Positions 13,209 through 26,302 are shown, numbered from the whole stretch's first letter. The stretch is 63,734 nt of DNA, filler included, from Rhabdomonas costata (GCA_019059605.1; 29 parts of 29 records of this genome joined end to end with filler, not necessarily neighbours in it), one strand, 5' to 3'. Translations and numbers: made by a program. The notes: generated by a model from the letters alone, not told the origin.

Positions 13209-14950
13209 GGATGGAGGGCGGCAGCTGGCCCGGCTGGAACCGGAAGCACAGCAGCCGCGGATGGTCCGCACAGCTCTCGCAGCACTGCTCGCTGAGCTGT
13301 CCCACAGACCCCGCGCCCGACTCGATTGAAAAAGAAGGCGCACCGTAAGGCGGGGACACATGTGGAAAAATGCCTTGTCAGTGGAAATTTTCTACTACTC
13401 ATAGAAATGGAACCCGTTTCACACGAAGCTGGAAAGGTTAAGGGTCCTGGCTGGTGGTGAGCGAGTGTGTGTGTGTGCGTGCGTCAGATTGCGTGTGTCT
13501 GTGGCCGCTCTTTTCCAGCATGCTGCTCACCCACGGGGCCATTCTCTCACCCCATCTCTACCGACTGTCCTGTTGGGTACTGTGTGTTGGAGATGGGGGA
13601 AGAGATATGTTAGAAAAAAGGCCTCAAAATGCCGGCCTTGGCGCCTTAGTGCCTTGGTGCACATCACAATACGAGCCCATTCCCATTGTGCAAAGCAAAG
13701 AGGGACGACTTCTGAAGCATCATGATTTTCAAACGTCCGCAGAGATACCGGGGAAAGTGGGGGGCAAAAATACCTTGACCTGACCCGAAGGCAGGAACAT
13801 CGCGTAGGAGCACCTGTGCGCCCCGCCCACCCTCTCCATGCATAACAGGCAGACCCGCAGACCTGCAAATGTGCAACACACAAAGATGATCAACACTGGG
13901 CACGATATCCGCTGGGTGCGTCGTCATGCAATTATTGCTGTGTTTGTTGTGTGAAAACGACAAGCCTGCCGATGCACCCTCGGGGCGGGGGGACGCTGAT
14001 GGCATCGGGAGGTCACCTCTGCGAGGCAAAGGAGCGGCAGCCGATGAAAGAGCCCCCTCCGGTCTTCTTCCGCCGCAGCACCAGGTTGGCCCCACAGCTC
14101 GGGCAGGGCTTCACCGGGATGTCCGCCGTGCCCCCGGCCAGCGGGCAGTCCGCAAGACATTGGAAGCACCGCAGCTCCGCCACCTCGATCGCCGGCACCT
14201 CCTGCCCTCCCAACCGAAGACACCCCCTCCCGCGACTTCAGTGGGTCGGACACAACGTACAGTTTGGTTTAGGCGTTGGTCTACTCGCCGATCCCGCGCA
14301 CCCGCGAACCCGCGATGGGCCTCGAACCCACCCCCTCACGGGCAATCGCATACCCAGCCCAACGCAAGAGCAAATACCGTAGCCATAGATGGATGGATGG
14401 ATATACCAGCGCAGCCGTTCCATTTCTTGTGTCATTTCATGTGAAGAACCCGGCCCTTAACTCCATAAAATGCTTCACAGGTCAGTGGCAGTTACCTATG
14501 CTTTCACGACCAAGGGTTGCTGGCGCAGAGGCATCCAGCAGAGAGACCACAGTTTCTATCTCTCTTTGGATCTCACCGCGCAGGCGTGAGAATGGAGCGC
14601 ATCGCTGAAGCGGGGACCTCTGTCTAGGAAATAGTCTTCGTGCTGGAACAAATGAACGAAGGACTTATGTTCTGCGCGTGTTTGTGGGTGCGTTTGTGTG
14701 TGTGTGTGTGCGTGCGTGCGGATGTGCTGCATACGCTTCCAGCGGGGGGCGCCGGTGGGTTTCCAAAGCAGTGCGGGCACACGGTGTGCGTGGGAGCAGC
14801 GGCCGCAGCGGCACCCCGCCCGTGAGAGGCCGCGTGGGAGGTGACGGTGAGCACGCGGAAGCCACACAGAGGGCACGTGTGTGGATGGGGCTGCAGGTCA
14901 CCATGCGGCAGCGGGGAGAGCACCCGCACACACGCCGCCGAGGAGCATAC
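13209..14950 (-). CDS. TOP3A: DNA topoisomerase III-alpha C-terminal zinc-finger region (exons ~14950-14735, 14201-14017, 13813-13774, 13296-13209)
   Basis: CPLCGF...CPHCF, CFQC...CPL, PVKPCPSCGANLVLRRKKTGGGSFIGCRSF, CESCADHPRLLCFRFQPGQLPP parallel the TOP3A C4 zinc ribbons. Confidence 0.75.
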
Positions 14951-16335
14951 CTGTGATTGGGTGGGCGTGTTTTGTGTGTGTATGGATAAGTTTGAGCTTG
15001 TGGGTTTGTGAGCGACTGCCAAGAGGAAGGAAAGTTCTCGCAGACACAAACGCAAACACAGCAGCAGACGCACAAGAAGAAGGCGAGCAGAAAAAGTATG
15101 TCAACGCCCCCATGGTGTGTGGCTTCATTTCGCAGATACATCCACACACACACACAGAGGCAGATATGCAGAAAAAGCGCGGAAAGCTAAAGGTACAAAG
15201 ATGGAAAGTGTGGGGAAACTCAGCAAACAATGACCCCCTCCAGAACTGCACATCCGTCGGAATGGGGCTTCCAGCCCACTTCTAACCACGCATTACACCA
15301 CCCCCCAACNNNNNNNNNNNNNNNNNNNNNNNNNNNNNNNNNNNNNNNNNNNNTTAATTAATTAANNNNNNNNNNNNNNNNNNNNNNNNNNNNNNNNNNN
15401 NNNNNNNNNTGTGTGTGGGGGTGGGCTTCTTCGTTAGTGAGTTTCTGTGCATCGTTTAAGTGGGAATATTTTACGTTCTTTGGCGAGCAGGGTAATGAGC
15501 AGTCGGAAATCCGTGTTCTCCAAAACAGTAAAAAGTGTCCGTAACTCTCACTGCATTGCGATTGTCTCATTTTTATTGTCCCATAAGAGCTGGATTTTTT
15601 CTATTTTACATAACGTGCTTCCGTAGTTCAATTGTTGTATGATGATGGGAACTGCGGCTGCTGCTGCTGCTGCTGCTGCTTCAGTAAGAGTGTCGACAGT
15701 GTGATCGACAGTGCTACTTCTGTTTTCAGAACTCCTTTTCCATTTCCATGTCGTTCACCTCTCCACCGGAGACCGGCCACTTGACATCGAAAGATATTTA
15801 TGTTTGTGGACACAACAAGTTGTTATCCCAGTTCACATTTCGGAATTGTATGACCGTATGTCTTTTGGAAAGGATGACTTTTTGACAGAACATGCAGAGC
15901 TTTTTCGACCCAGTTATTCCCCATTACTCACCGACCCCTCTTCCCCGTTCAAAGCTTTTGAGGTCGTTTGTGGGGTTATAGTTTTAACAAAAGGGGGTGA
16001 CGCGGGAGAACCCGTTTTGGATGCCGCTCGTCATACTGGCATCATATCTTACATTCAATCCCTGGCACAAGCAAATTTCTGGCCTGCCTTGGCGGCAGCC
16101 CGGCATATTGGGAGAAAGCCTAACTATGAGCATGGCACAGTCTATGACGCACAGGAAAAGCGCCTCCCCTTGTCCCTGAAAACTCACGGCAAGTTTAATT
16201 GTCTATTACCTGCGGCTGAACGGCTGACGCTTTCCCTGCTCACCAATCTGTCCTTTTCCATTTCCTCAACAACCGAAGCCGCTACAAGCACACCCACACC
16301 CTCTCTTTCGTGTGCTGCTTTCTCCCAAAGAGAGA

Positions 16336-17511
16336 ATGCGCTTCCTGTCCTCGCGGTGCCGCACGGCGGCGGAGATTCTTCTGACCGTGGGGGTGCTGGC
16401 GTACGTGACGTATGACCTGGTGGACTTCGGGGGGGTGAGCAAGCCCAGCAGCTCGGCCACCTCCTCCACCACGGCGCCCGCCTTCGCGGTGCCCTCCTCG
16501 ATGCCCATGCCCACCGCCGCGGTGCCCGCCGCTGTCCCCACTACCGCCCCCGCGGCCTCCTCGGTGCGGTTCGAGCCCCAGGTCAGCCCTCTGATCAGCA
16601 GCGGCAACACGACCACCGTGTGCAACACGGTCACCGCGCCGAGCAACCCGTGGACGTTGGGCAGCGCGTCGGTGAACCAGTCGCTGATCTTCCTGGGCAA
16701 CTCCGCGAGCTGCACGCAGACCCCGTCCCTGATGTCCCCCAACTCCAGCCAGGGGTGCGCCTCGGTGGAGATCTCGCCCGGGAGCTGGCTGTCCCTGCAG
16801 AACGTGATCTCCCCTCCCCTGCCGGGGTGTGTGGGGCTGCTGACGATGGACCCCAACTCCTACCTCGAGGTCGTGATCCCAAGTGTGCGTTCACCTCTGG
16901 CCCGGAAACGCGCACTTTGCTGAGTAGGACTCAAAAAGGCAAAGGACACAAGGGGTGAATCTTCCTCAATCGGGAGGGATGACGGAGGGGAGTGGCCGAA
17001 GGTTTCCCATGGCCCCGCAAAAAAATACATTCCGGTCTCAGGGTGCTGACTGGGAGTTTTTCACCAGAATGTCTTTGCTTCACTTCCGGTTGTCAACTTC
17101 GGCTCCTTCGGGTTTCAGCATTTTTCTCTGCTGGCTTTGTTTGTTTGTTCGTCCCTCATCTTCCCACAGCGACGTTCTCGCCGAATGCGTACGCCGTGCA
17201 GAACTTTCCTCTTCTGGTGACCCAAGGGGCCTGCCCGTCTCTGGTCGCGGTGAACCCAACGGTGACGAACTGCCCCGTTGGTATGGTTGCTATATTGTGC
17301 CGAAGTGCTTTCCTTTTTGGCTTCTCCATTCTCCAGGTTTTCTCTTTACCACAGCTGCGTTTGCCTCCCCGGCGGTTACCCAGCGGTTAGCAGCTCACCA
17401 TATGCTTGCATGGCAGACCCCACCCACACCGACACCTCGTTGTCCCTGACGGGACCCTACAGCTGCTCTATTACCACCACCGTGGCGGGCACCATTGGGT
17501 TGAACATTGCG
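16336..17511 (+). CDS. Secreted or membrane protein with S/T/P/A-rich stalk and Cys-containing ectodomain (exons 16336-16882, 17170-17280, 17417-17511)
   Basis: GC3-rich codons, N-terminal hydrophobic helix, phase-consistent GT-AG introns. Confidence 0.7.
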
Positions 17512-17698
17512 NNNNNNNNNNNNNNNNNNNNNNNNNNNNNNNNNNNNNNNNNNNNTTAATTAATTAANNNNNNNNNNNNNNNNNNNNNNNNNNNNNNNNN
17601 NNNNNNNNNNNGGGGGGGGGTGAGTTTCAGCCACACACCAGCCGATACATCCTTTCCATGTGTACTTTTGTCGCAGGCCAGCTTTCCATTTTCACACA

Positions 17699-18131
17699 AT
17701 GGTGATGACCGTGGCGAGAAGGCCCCTGCGGGCGGCACTTGCTGTTTTGCTTTGGTTGTGCCTCACTTGGGGAGCTTCGGGGCTGGTGCAGGAGAAGGCC
17801 CATTCCGTGAGCACTCCGCTAGCCGCACAGGTCGGGGTCAGCACCGGGTCTGGGCGACTAAGCCAAGGATCCGAATTCTGCCTGTACAACCGCGTCGGGG
17901 TGGACATTGTGGACACCGCCGCAGTCATTCAAGATCCGTACGACTGGGACGAGGAGAAGTACCGCCCAGACCACAACTTTGTCCACCTCAGCATCCCTTC
18001 CAAAACACAGATGTGCCAGCACATGGAGAACTACCGATATGCGGATGAGTATCAGTGGACACTGACGGTGTTTTTCCGTGGTGGGGGAAAGGCGACGGTT
18101 CCCATTAATCAAGGTGACGCTCTTTGGTATG
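17699..18131 (+). CDS. Signal-peptide protein with a YDWD...RPDHNF domain (first exon; 3' end approximate)
   Basis: MVMTVARRPLRAALAVLLWLCLTWGASG signal; coding-like codon use; DPYDWDEEKYRPDHNF. Confidence 0.6.
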
Positions 18132-21100
18132 GTAGAGATTTCATTTTCTCTTTGACAACCACTTTTTTTGGGAATGGTGGCTCGAATCGCCTCCTTGAGT
18201 TGGTATTGGTGTGAAACGATTCTTTTCGACGGTTGACTGGGAGAAAGATTGGGTGCACAAGGCAGCCGTAAAAGATCGCAGACTCTGGTAGCCCAAACGC
18301 TGAAGGGGAGGGGCGTGCTTTCGCATCAACGAAGAAAGCAAGAGGAGGGCGAAGAAGGGACATGCACATCTCGTGTTCATCATGAGAGAAGGAGGAGTGG
18401 CATCGAGGCACGAGATGACACGACGACGTTAAGATCATTGTATCCTCATCCTCACTCCCTCGGTATGCTTGTCGGTCTTCACTTCACCACTACACGGAGC
18501 GATGTCACGTTGGGGCATCGCGCAGTAGAGTGAAGGGCATCGCAGATTGAGGCGTAACCATCACTCCCTCGGTCTTACTGTCGGTCTCACTCACTTCACC
18601 ACCACTACACCAAGGCATATTCATAAGGGCATGCCGTAGTAGGTGATGCATACGTGATGGCCGCTTCCCCTCCAACACCCCTACATTCCTACATCCCAAC
18701 ATCCTCACCCTCACTCTCTACATCCCCACTACCTAGAATGCCTCCAACGTGTAGTAGGTTGTCAGCATAAACGCAGGAAGGCACCTGGTTGGCAGCGGCC
18801 ACCCTTCAACTCAACATCACCTCTTGCACCGAACCCAACAACAGCAACACCTCCAGCAACAGCAGCACCAACCCTACTCCTACTCCTACTCCTCCAGCAT
18901 CACACCCTACGATTCCTCAACAAACCCTACAGCAACAGCAACAAGAATAAGAAGACACGCACACGCACGTAAGATACCCACAGCACCCTTGTCGTACTAG
19001 CGTAAGAACCCATGATAGCCGAAGACATACACGCAGAAACCTGTGTTGGCCCTTCCATAGCATCCAACAACCAAGATTGCAAACCCCGGAACCGGACTTC
19101 GAAGAGAACCCCAAGCACGCAAAGCCATCACCACAATGCCCAACATCGACCCCAGCCCCCAACGCACCGTCAACACCCACCACAACATCCCACCCTAACG
19201 TACCCACGGAAGCATGCCCCAACCCACCCATCGTATCCTACCCATACCAACAAGGACCTCCAAAGCACCGTAAGCACTTCAGCAACCTCCCCTAGAAATT
19301 CACACCCACCAGAGAACTGCCAACTAGGCTCACGCACAACTCAGAACCTCTCCACTCGGCTGAAATCATCGCACCCGAAACCTACCACGATTACCACACG
19401 CATTCCCGCACCTAACCCCAATGACGAGCCTGGAGACAACAACGCCAACCCATGAGCACCAGGTAGAGAAGAAAGAAATACAGCGAAGGATACCAGAATC
19501 ACAACGAATGCCAAGACCGAATGCCGACCAAAGCCACCCACCCAACGCTTGCGCGCCCATCTGAACTACCAAGACTACGGAATACCCCCACACAGAAGGA
19601 CCGAACCCCAGCACCAACAGCACCCCAGACACCGCACACACCCACGCAAGCACCACAGAACCACAAATCGACACCGTAGAAACAGCACACGTAGCGATGG
19701 AGACCACAAACANNNNNNNNNNNNNNNNNNNNNNNNNNNNNNNNNNNNNNNNNNNNTTAATTAATTAANNNNNNNNNNNNNNNNNNNNNNNNNNNNNNNN
19801 NNNNNNNNNNNNTGTGTGGGTGCTGGGTTAGGGTGTCGGACTGTGCGCCGGCGGTGCTGGTATGGATGTGATGGTGTTGGAAGGAGTGTGTGCTTCCTGT
19901 TAGTGCTTCTTGTGTGCTTCCTGTGTCTGATGTTGGAGTGGTGGGTGTTGGTGTTGACGTTGTGGGTATGGCTGGTGCTCTTGACCTTGATGGTTGTATG
20001 GTTGGTGCTGTGCGTATTCCTGGTGCTTGTATTGCTGGTGGTGTGGGTTCTGTGGTAGAGTAGGAGGGTCATGGTGTGTTGGGCTCTAGCGTTACTTCTG
20101 TGCTTCTTGCTGTTTGTGTTCCTGTCGTTCCTGTAGTGCTTGATGGTGGTGATGCTGGATTTATGGTTCCTGTTGGTAGCGTTGATGTTAGAGGGTGCGT
20201 GGTGTTGAGTGACGTTGGTGGGTTGAGGGTCCATCTGATGCCAAGCTGAGTCGTAGGGTTCCTGTCTCTGTCTCTGTTCCTGCTTCTGTCTCTACGCCTT
20301 CTGTCTCTGTCTCAATGCATTCTGTGTCTGTCTCTATGCCTTCTGTGTCGATGCCTTCCTGCGTTTCTGTCTCTGTACCTGTTCCAACGCCTTCTGTGTT
20401 TGTTCCTGTACCGGTAATGTCATGCTCTGTCTCAAGGCCTTCCTGTCTTACGGTATCTGTTTCTGTTCATGTTCCTACGTCTTCCTCTCTTACGGTGTCT
20501 GTTTCTACGGTCTCTGTCTCCAGTGCTTGTCCTGTGCTTGTTGTTGCTGATGGTGGTTGGAAGAGTGCGTAGATTTCTGACTGTGCGTGGAATTCTGGGG
20601 CCTTGCGTGTTGGTGGTTGTGTTGGTGTCTCTGTATCTACGGCTTCAGAAGTGCATGTGTGTTCCCGAGTTGAGGATGTTGGTATTTCGAGGCCTTCTTG
20701 TGTTCTGTGGTGAATTGAGGGTGTTAGTGTTGGCATTCCTACTGTGATCCTCTACTCCGCTACGCTGCGTGCCTTCATCCACCACCTCTACGCATGGCTC
20801 GCTTCCGCACCCATGCTTCGTTCCTTCCACAGTATGATGAAGTGTTGAAGAGTGAAACCATCCACTGTATTCTCTTCCCGTGGCTACGCCAAAACGGAAT
20901 GGGAGGAGGGACAGGTATATAGAAGAGGGGGAAGCACGACCGTGAGGGAGGGCCGAAAAGTTGAGGGGTTCCTACTCGCTACGCTGTCTTCTTGTCGGAA
21001 TGCTTGCTCCCTGATGGTCGAAATGGCTTTGCTGGTCGTGAAGTCGCTGCCATCCCTTACCCCCGATTACCCCTGATGGTTCATGCCGGCCGCCGCTGTC

Positions 21101-22429
21101 ACGGCTACGGGCAATCACCCGATGTTTTTTTTGTTGTCACTCGCTGCGCTCGTTCCGTTGAAGAAAGAAGAAGATACTGGTCACTCGTCGCTACGCTCCT
21201 CGTTCCTGCGGCATTCGCTGCGTTCATGCGTTCTTGTCGGAATTTATTGTTTAACACAAGCGCCCGTGCAACCGTTCGTGTGCGAGACACGACTTTTCAA
21301 CCGCTTTCAACGCTGTCTCATATTCCTGAAGACAGAGGCCCAACACCCAAGAACGTGATTAATGGCAATGCTTGTCTTTTCGGCTCTGGATTCAAGACGC
21401 GGGGCAAAGTTATAAATATGGGCCCCGGAGCATTCAGCACAATTTACCGCAGCCGAAAACGTTGCAATTTCCGCATGGTGGTCAGCAATGGCAATGACCT
21501 GAACGGACAAACCGGACAGCTCTCAGCGGACATGGCGCCTGCCTTTCCTGGAGGACACCTGCAACCGGGCGGGCTTCACGGTCAGCAGCATCCCCGGATC
21601 ATCCCACTGCGACAAACTCCTCCCTCTTTTCTCGGACTACCCCACAACCCCCCGCTCTGCAAATGGCAGTGTGGAAAGCACGACGTGATCAAGACACCAC
21701 AGGTTCAGTATCATGCCGGTGCATTCAGTCACAGTCACGAATGGACACGCACACATAACAAGCAGACACACAAGGAACATGGCTTCGCACTTTCACGTCT
21801 GGAATGGCTCATTGGAGTACCAGGAAATCGTAAGCCCCAACCACAAACTCGGCCAGTGCAACTGGAGCGACCGAAAGAGCAATGGGTACCCAGAACCAAT
21901 GTACCCACAACACNNNNNNNNNNNNNNNNNNNNNNNNNNNNNNNNNNNNNNNNNNNNTTAATTAATTAANNNNNNNNNNNNNNNNNNNNNNNNNNNNNNN
22001 NNNNNNNNNNNNNGGGGGTTTTGAATGGTGCTGAATACTTTGGGACTTTGCGAAGCGATTGACTCAATCGCTGATAGAAATTTTGAGGACAACGATACAT
22101 ACGAGCTGACTGTTCGAATGAAATTCGGGAGAAAATGTGCGTTCGCAAAAAGGACAGAAGACTAGGTGATGATACCAACGATGAATGAAAACGGCTCACA
22201 AGGCCCACAAGGTTGTGAATTTACGCCGCAACAGGTCATGTGCTTTTCAGTGAAAGCGTTTGCTTTCATTCCTAAAGGAACCCCGCACCTTCATGCGGGC
22301 TGGGCGACAAAAGTGGCCTGTTGGATGCATCCCCAGAAATTCATTTTTTTGCCGAATATCGGATTGTAAAAATTCGCACACGTTTATACATGAATTAACG
22401 GGAGTCCTCGCGTTTATTAGCGAACATAC

Positions 22430-24094
22430 GTCGTTGTGCAGGCTGAGCCCCATGTTGAAGCACCCTCCGATGACCCACATCCTCCCGCGGTGCAAGACCA
22501 CGGAGGCTGAGGCGCGGGCCGAGAACCCAGGCTGGGAGGTTCGGATGCTAGCCCAGGATCCTGCCATCCCGGTGTGACTTGCCCAGACGTCGCTCAGGGT
22601 AGGCCCTTTCTCACCCCATCCTGCGACTACCCACACCAAATTCATAAACACCACGGTGCCGTGGTTGAACCGCGGCGCGAACCCTGGCCGGAAGTCCAGC
22701 CCATGCCACAGTAGTCCGGAGGTGGTGCCCCAGACCTCACTGTTTAATGGGTTCCCGCCAATCATCAGCAGATGCTGTCCCAGCACCGCGCAGGTGTGAC
22801 CACGGCGGGGAAAGAAGGCTCCCGAGGAGGTGACTAGGTCCCAGATGATGCCGTTGCTGCTGCTCCAGACGTCCCCAAGAAGAGACCCGCCAGCAGACCA
22901 CCCCCCGATGACGTAGAGCTGGCCCCGAAAGAACGCCGAGCAGTGCTGACCCCGCGGAGTCCACTCCGTGGTCACGGTAAGCGTGCTCCACGAAAACTGC
23001 TCTGAGCGCCAACAGCGGGAATGACCACAGATTCGGGATGGGTTTTAACGTTTTAGAACATTCCAAGGTTGTTCCCGTTTGCGGACAATTCCAGTCATTT
23101 TGGGAGGGGAAGGCGTTAAACGGTAAGAAATGTTTACGTTTAAAAAACCTCATCTTGGGCACAGTAAAGCGTTGTACCGTCGAAAAATCTGAGAAACCCC
23201 ACATCAAGCTTTTGCCCACTGTTCTCTAACAAAACTGAACAGGCCAATCAAATATATTCTAACAAAAAGGAGTAATTGCTCTGGTAGTAGTAAATCATCC
23301 CACCTCCGTTTCAAAAGTAACAGCTGCCATTTTTGTCCTCCATTGAGAATAGAAACAGACAAAAACAAACAGACAAGCTCATGATAAGCAGACCCTTAAC
23401 ACAGCATTCTTGCGGCGTGCACGGCGCAGAGGTGCATCTCATGGCCGAGGCAGCGGGAACATGTTCCATCCGAGGGGGGCACTGCTTCAGGGAATCGCAG
23501 TACAAGCCTGGGGCGGAGATGGGGACAGGGTGAGGTGATAAAGTGGATGGTACAAATGCGCAGACACCACAGCAAAGGTTTGAAAATCCAAAAAAAAACG
23601 ACATGGCGCGAATGCTGCGCCAGGAAAGGGTAAAAGAAAAAAGAGCATCATACGTCGTCCCGCTGACCCGGAGGGGGCAGTGCGGTGCCGAGCGTTCCAC
23701 CTCCCTTGTGCACCAGGAGTTATTTGCCGCGCAACTCATTTACACGTGCTACAATACCACCAAATCGCTCTACAGGTGTGCACGTGTGTGTTGGGCGTGA
23801 TTGCGCATGTGTGTGCGCGCGAATGATTCCTGCTCCGGCTGCCTGCTGTGAGTGTGCGCAAGTGGAGGGGAAACTCCAACCTCGCCAAGAGTGCGGCTTG
23901 CCAGGCACGCAGCACTCCTCGGGGCCGCAGCCCGCGATGTGGCAGCGCCTCTCCGGGACAAGGGAGCGTCCGGCGCCGCACCGCACTCCAGCACAGGTTC
24001 CCCAGAATACCCCCATGACGTCCCACGTCAAGCAGCACCCCGCCACCGTAAGCAAAATTGTCACATAGGACAACCGGGTTAGGGTCTGGGACAT
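22430..24094 (-). CDS. Secreted protein with two Cys-rich (..ECC) modules and a kelch-like beta-propeller (exons 24094-23902, 23507-23394, 23001-22430)
   Basis: Repeats LYVIGG...DVWSS.NG..W, LLMIGG, VWVVAG, MWVIGG; N-terminal hydrophobic signal. Intron 1 has a GC donor. Confidence 0.8.
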
Positions 24095-24535
24095 CGGCAG
24101 GTGGCAAAAACCACAANNNNNNNNNNNNNNNNNNNNNNNNNNNNNNNNNNNNNNNNNNNNTTAATTAATTAANNNNNNNNNNNNNNNNNNNNNNNNNNNN
24201 NNNNNNNNNNNNNNNNGTTTGGTAATCCCGTTTGTGGGTGTATATCACTGAATCAAGTGGAGCGGGGGGCATCAAGTCCATGAGTGATGAACAAGGGAAC
24301 TGACACCGGGGCAGTGCAAAGGATCGCTTCTCGCGGCCTCTTTTTCGTCTCGCGCCGAAGGAATTTTGGCTTCACATGTGTGTTGAGTTGCCTAAGTTGT
24401 TTTCTTTGTTCTCAGTGACATATGCGTTTACATGCGTATAGTTTAGTTGAAAAATTGCCTCAAAGAGAGGACTGGATGAGGGATAAGGGGAGCAGGACGT
24501 TGCATTGGACGAAGGGTAAACAATGTGACACAGAC

Positions 24536-26302
24536 CTTCATGGGCGCGAATGACGGAGAGCAAGTTATTGGCCTTCAAGAAGGCACACACTGCCTTAAAG
24601 CTGAACACGAAGGAGCACCTGTGCACAGAGCAAAAGAGATGAAAGAGAGAGCGGTGCGAGTGATGGATGTATGGATGAGTGGGAATTCTGCTCAAATCAG
24701 ATTAAAGAACAGCATCCAGAGACCACATCTCAACTGCTTGAAAAGAATAAGCATTGCCACAGACAGCAGAGAGAGGCAGCCAAGGAGACAGGGGGTGAGG
24801 CTAGTCCCTGGCTTTCCGCAGACCCATGGGTTTTAAACGACGTCAATTCTTCAGGGCGGCATCCGAGAATGCGAGAGGTCAGCATGCCAAAGGGAGCAGG
24901 GAAGAAAGGAACGTCCGCCGAAACCACGCCCTAAGTAATACATAATTCAGAGCGGATACACTAATCACAAAAAGAATTAGCAGGGACCCGCGCAGCTCAT
25001 TGTGGAGGTATTGAGCCTCGGGGTGGAGCTCTTCCTCTTCGTCGTCCATGGGATCAGACCATAGCAGGTCCGTCATCGGGCCTAAACAGGGGTGAGATAT
25101 ACAGAGAGAGGATTGTCGAAGCATCTGAAGTCGGCACATAGTCGGACGCACACGTTTCTTCACAAATGACTTTCATCCACCTGGCTCTACGTGCTTTTGT
25201 GATCTCTGGGTGATATTTTTCTTCCCTTCAGTCGCAACATTTCCATTTGCACCCCACCCTTATTGACCTGCGACGCTGAAGCACAAAACAGTCGAAATTC
25301 GCATTGAACTGGAAGTGCCGAATGCGCAAACAAATAGGCCAGCATCTGTCGGGGAGGGACGGTGGGGGGGCGGTGCCTGTCTGAGGGGGCTCTCGGAAGC
25401 GGTTGATGGTGGAGATGTCGGCCATGGTGTGTATCTCTGGGGAGAGCCCGCCGTGCACGCACAGGAACCGGTTGTTCAGGATCGCCACCAAGGGGATGCA
25501 GTCGAAGCATGCCTGCACCCACAAACCACAACCCCAATGGTCACCAGAGGACCCACAAGCCAATCTAAAAGATTAGAAATAGGAAAACTGGCCACCAAAA
25601 GGTATCAGAGAAGCTCATAGGCAACCAAAACAACAAATACTATGGACACTAGGTGCGCTAGACATTGGTTTGGAGGGGGAGTCTTCTCTGTCTCCATTGG
25701 GCTTTTCAAGCTTCAGCAGCACTCAAGCACGGAGCGAAGCGAGAACAAAAGGGCGAAAGGGAAGTCCTCAGCCAAACACAAAACCCTGCACGCGACAACA
25801 TTTGTGCAAAGCGTCATGTGAGGATTGGTTTGTGTCCCACGATCGGCGCACAATAACTGTTCACGAAGGAGGTCACCCAATCTCCCACTCGCCTCTTAGA
25901 TTAGATCTTACAAAGTCTTACTATTCACCGTCACCGCCTCAAGGCGGGAGAGTCTACTACTCAGGTTGTGCCTCTGCAGTCCCGTCGTTTCGGAATCAGG
26001 GTTGCAGCACTGCTCACATCTCCTTCGGCAGACCGAAGACGCTCGCACCCGAAGGCGCGATGGGAGGGGTTGCCTCCCATGCTGGAGCTCACCACGGCCA
26101 CACCCACGGCCACACGCGGGACACACCATGAGGGCGTCGTAGAACTGGAGGTTGTACTTGTACAGACACTCCTGCTTGAAGTTGAAGTATGCCGTGAGGT
26201 GCCTGCACTCGTGGTTGCCGCGGAGCATCAGCATGGTCTTGGGGTAGTGCAGCTTCAGTGCCAGCAGGTACAGCGCGCACTCACAGCTGAAGCAGCCCCG
26301 GT
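24536..26302 (-). CDS. Calcineurin A (PP2B) catalytic subunit (exons 26302-26127, 25512-25377, 25081-24988, 24618-24536; partial)
   Basis: [63 protein letters not shown] is typical of PP2B. Confidence 0.95.

Noticed and set aside
15711..16250. ORF with FWPALAAARH...Y faintly like the Polinton pPolB N-terminus
   Set aside because: Too few matching residues to support without a profile search.
16315..16338. Pyrimidine tract plus AG just before ATG (also 17664-17701) as trans-splice acceptors
   Set aside because: Cannot be told apart from 5'-UTR cis-introns; no spliced-leader gene seen, and other starts lack it.
19816..20240. Hydrophobic L/V/W-rich ORF suggesting a fragmented mitochondrial gene module
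   Set aside because: No respiratory-chain motif recognised, in-frame TAG stops, and G/T skew alone explains the composition.
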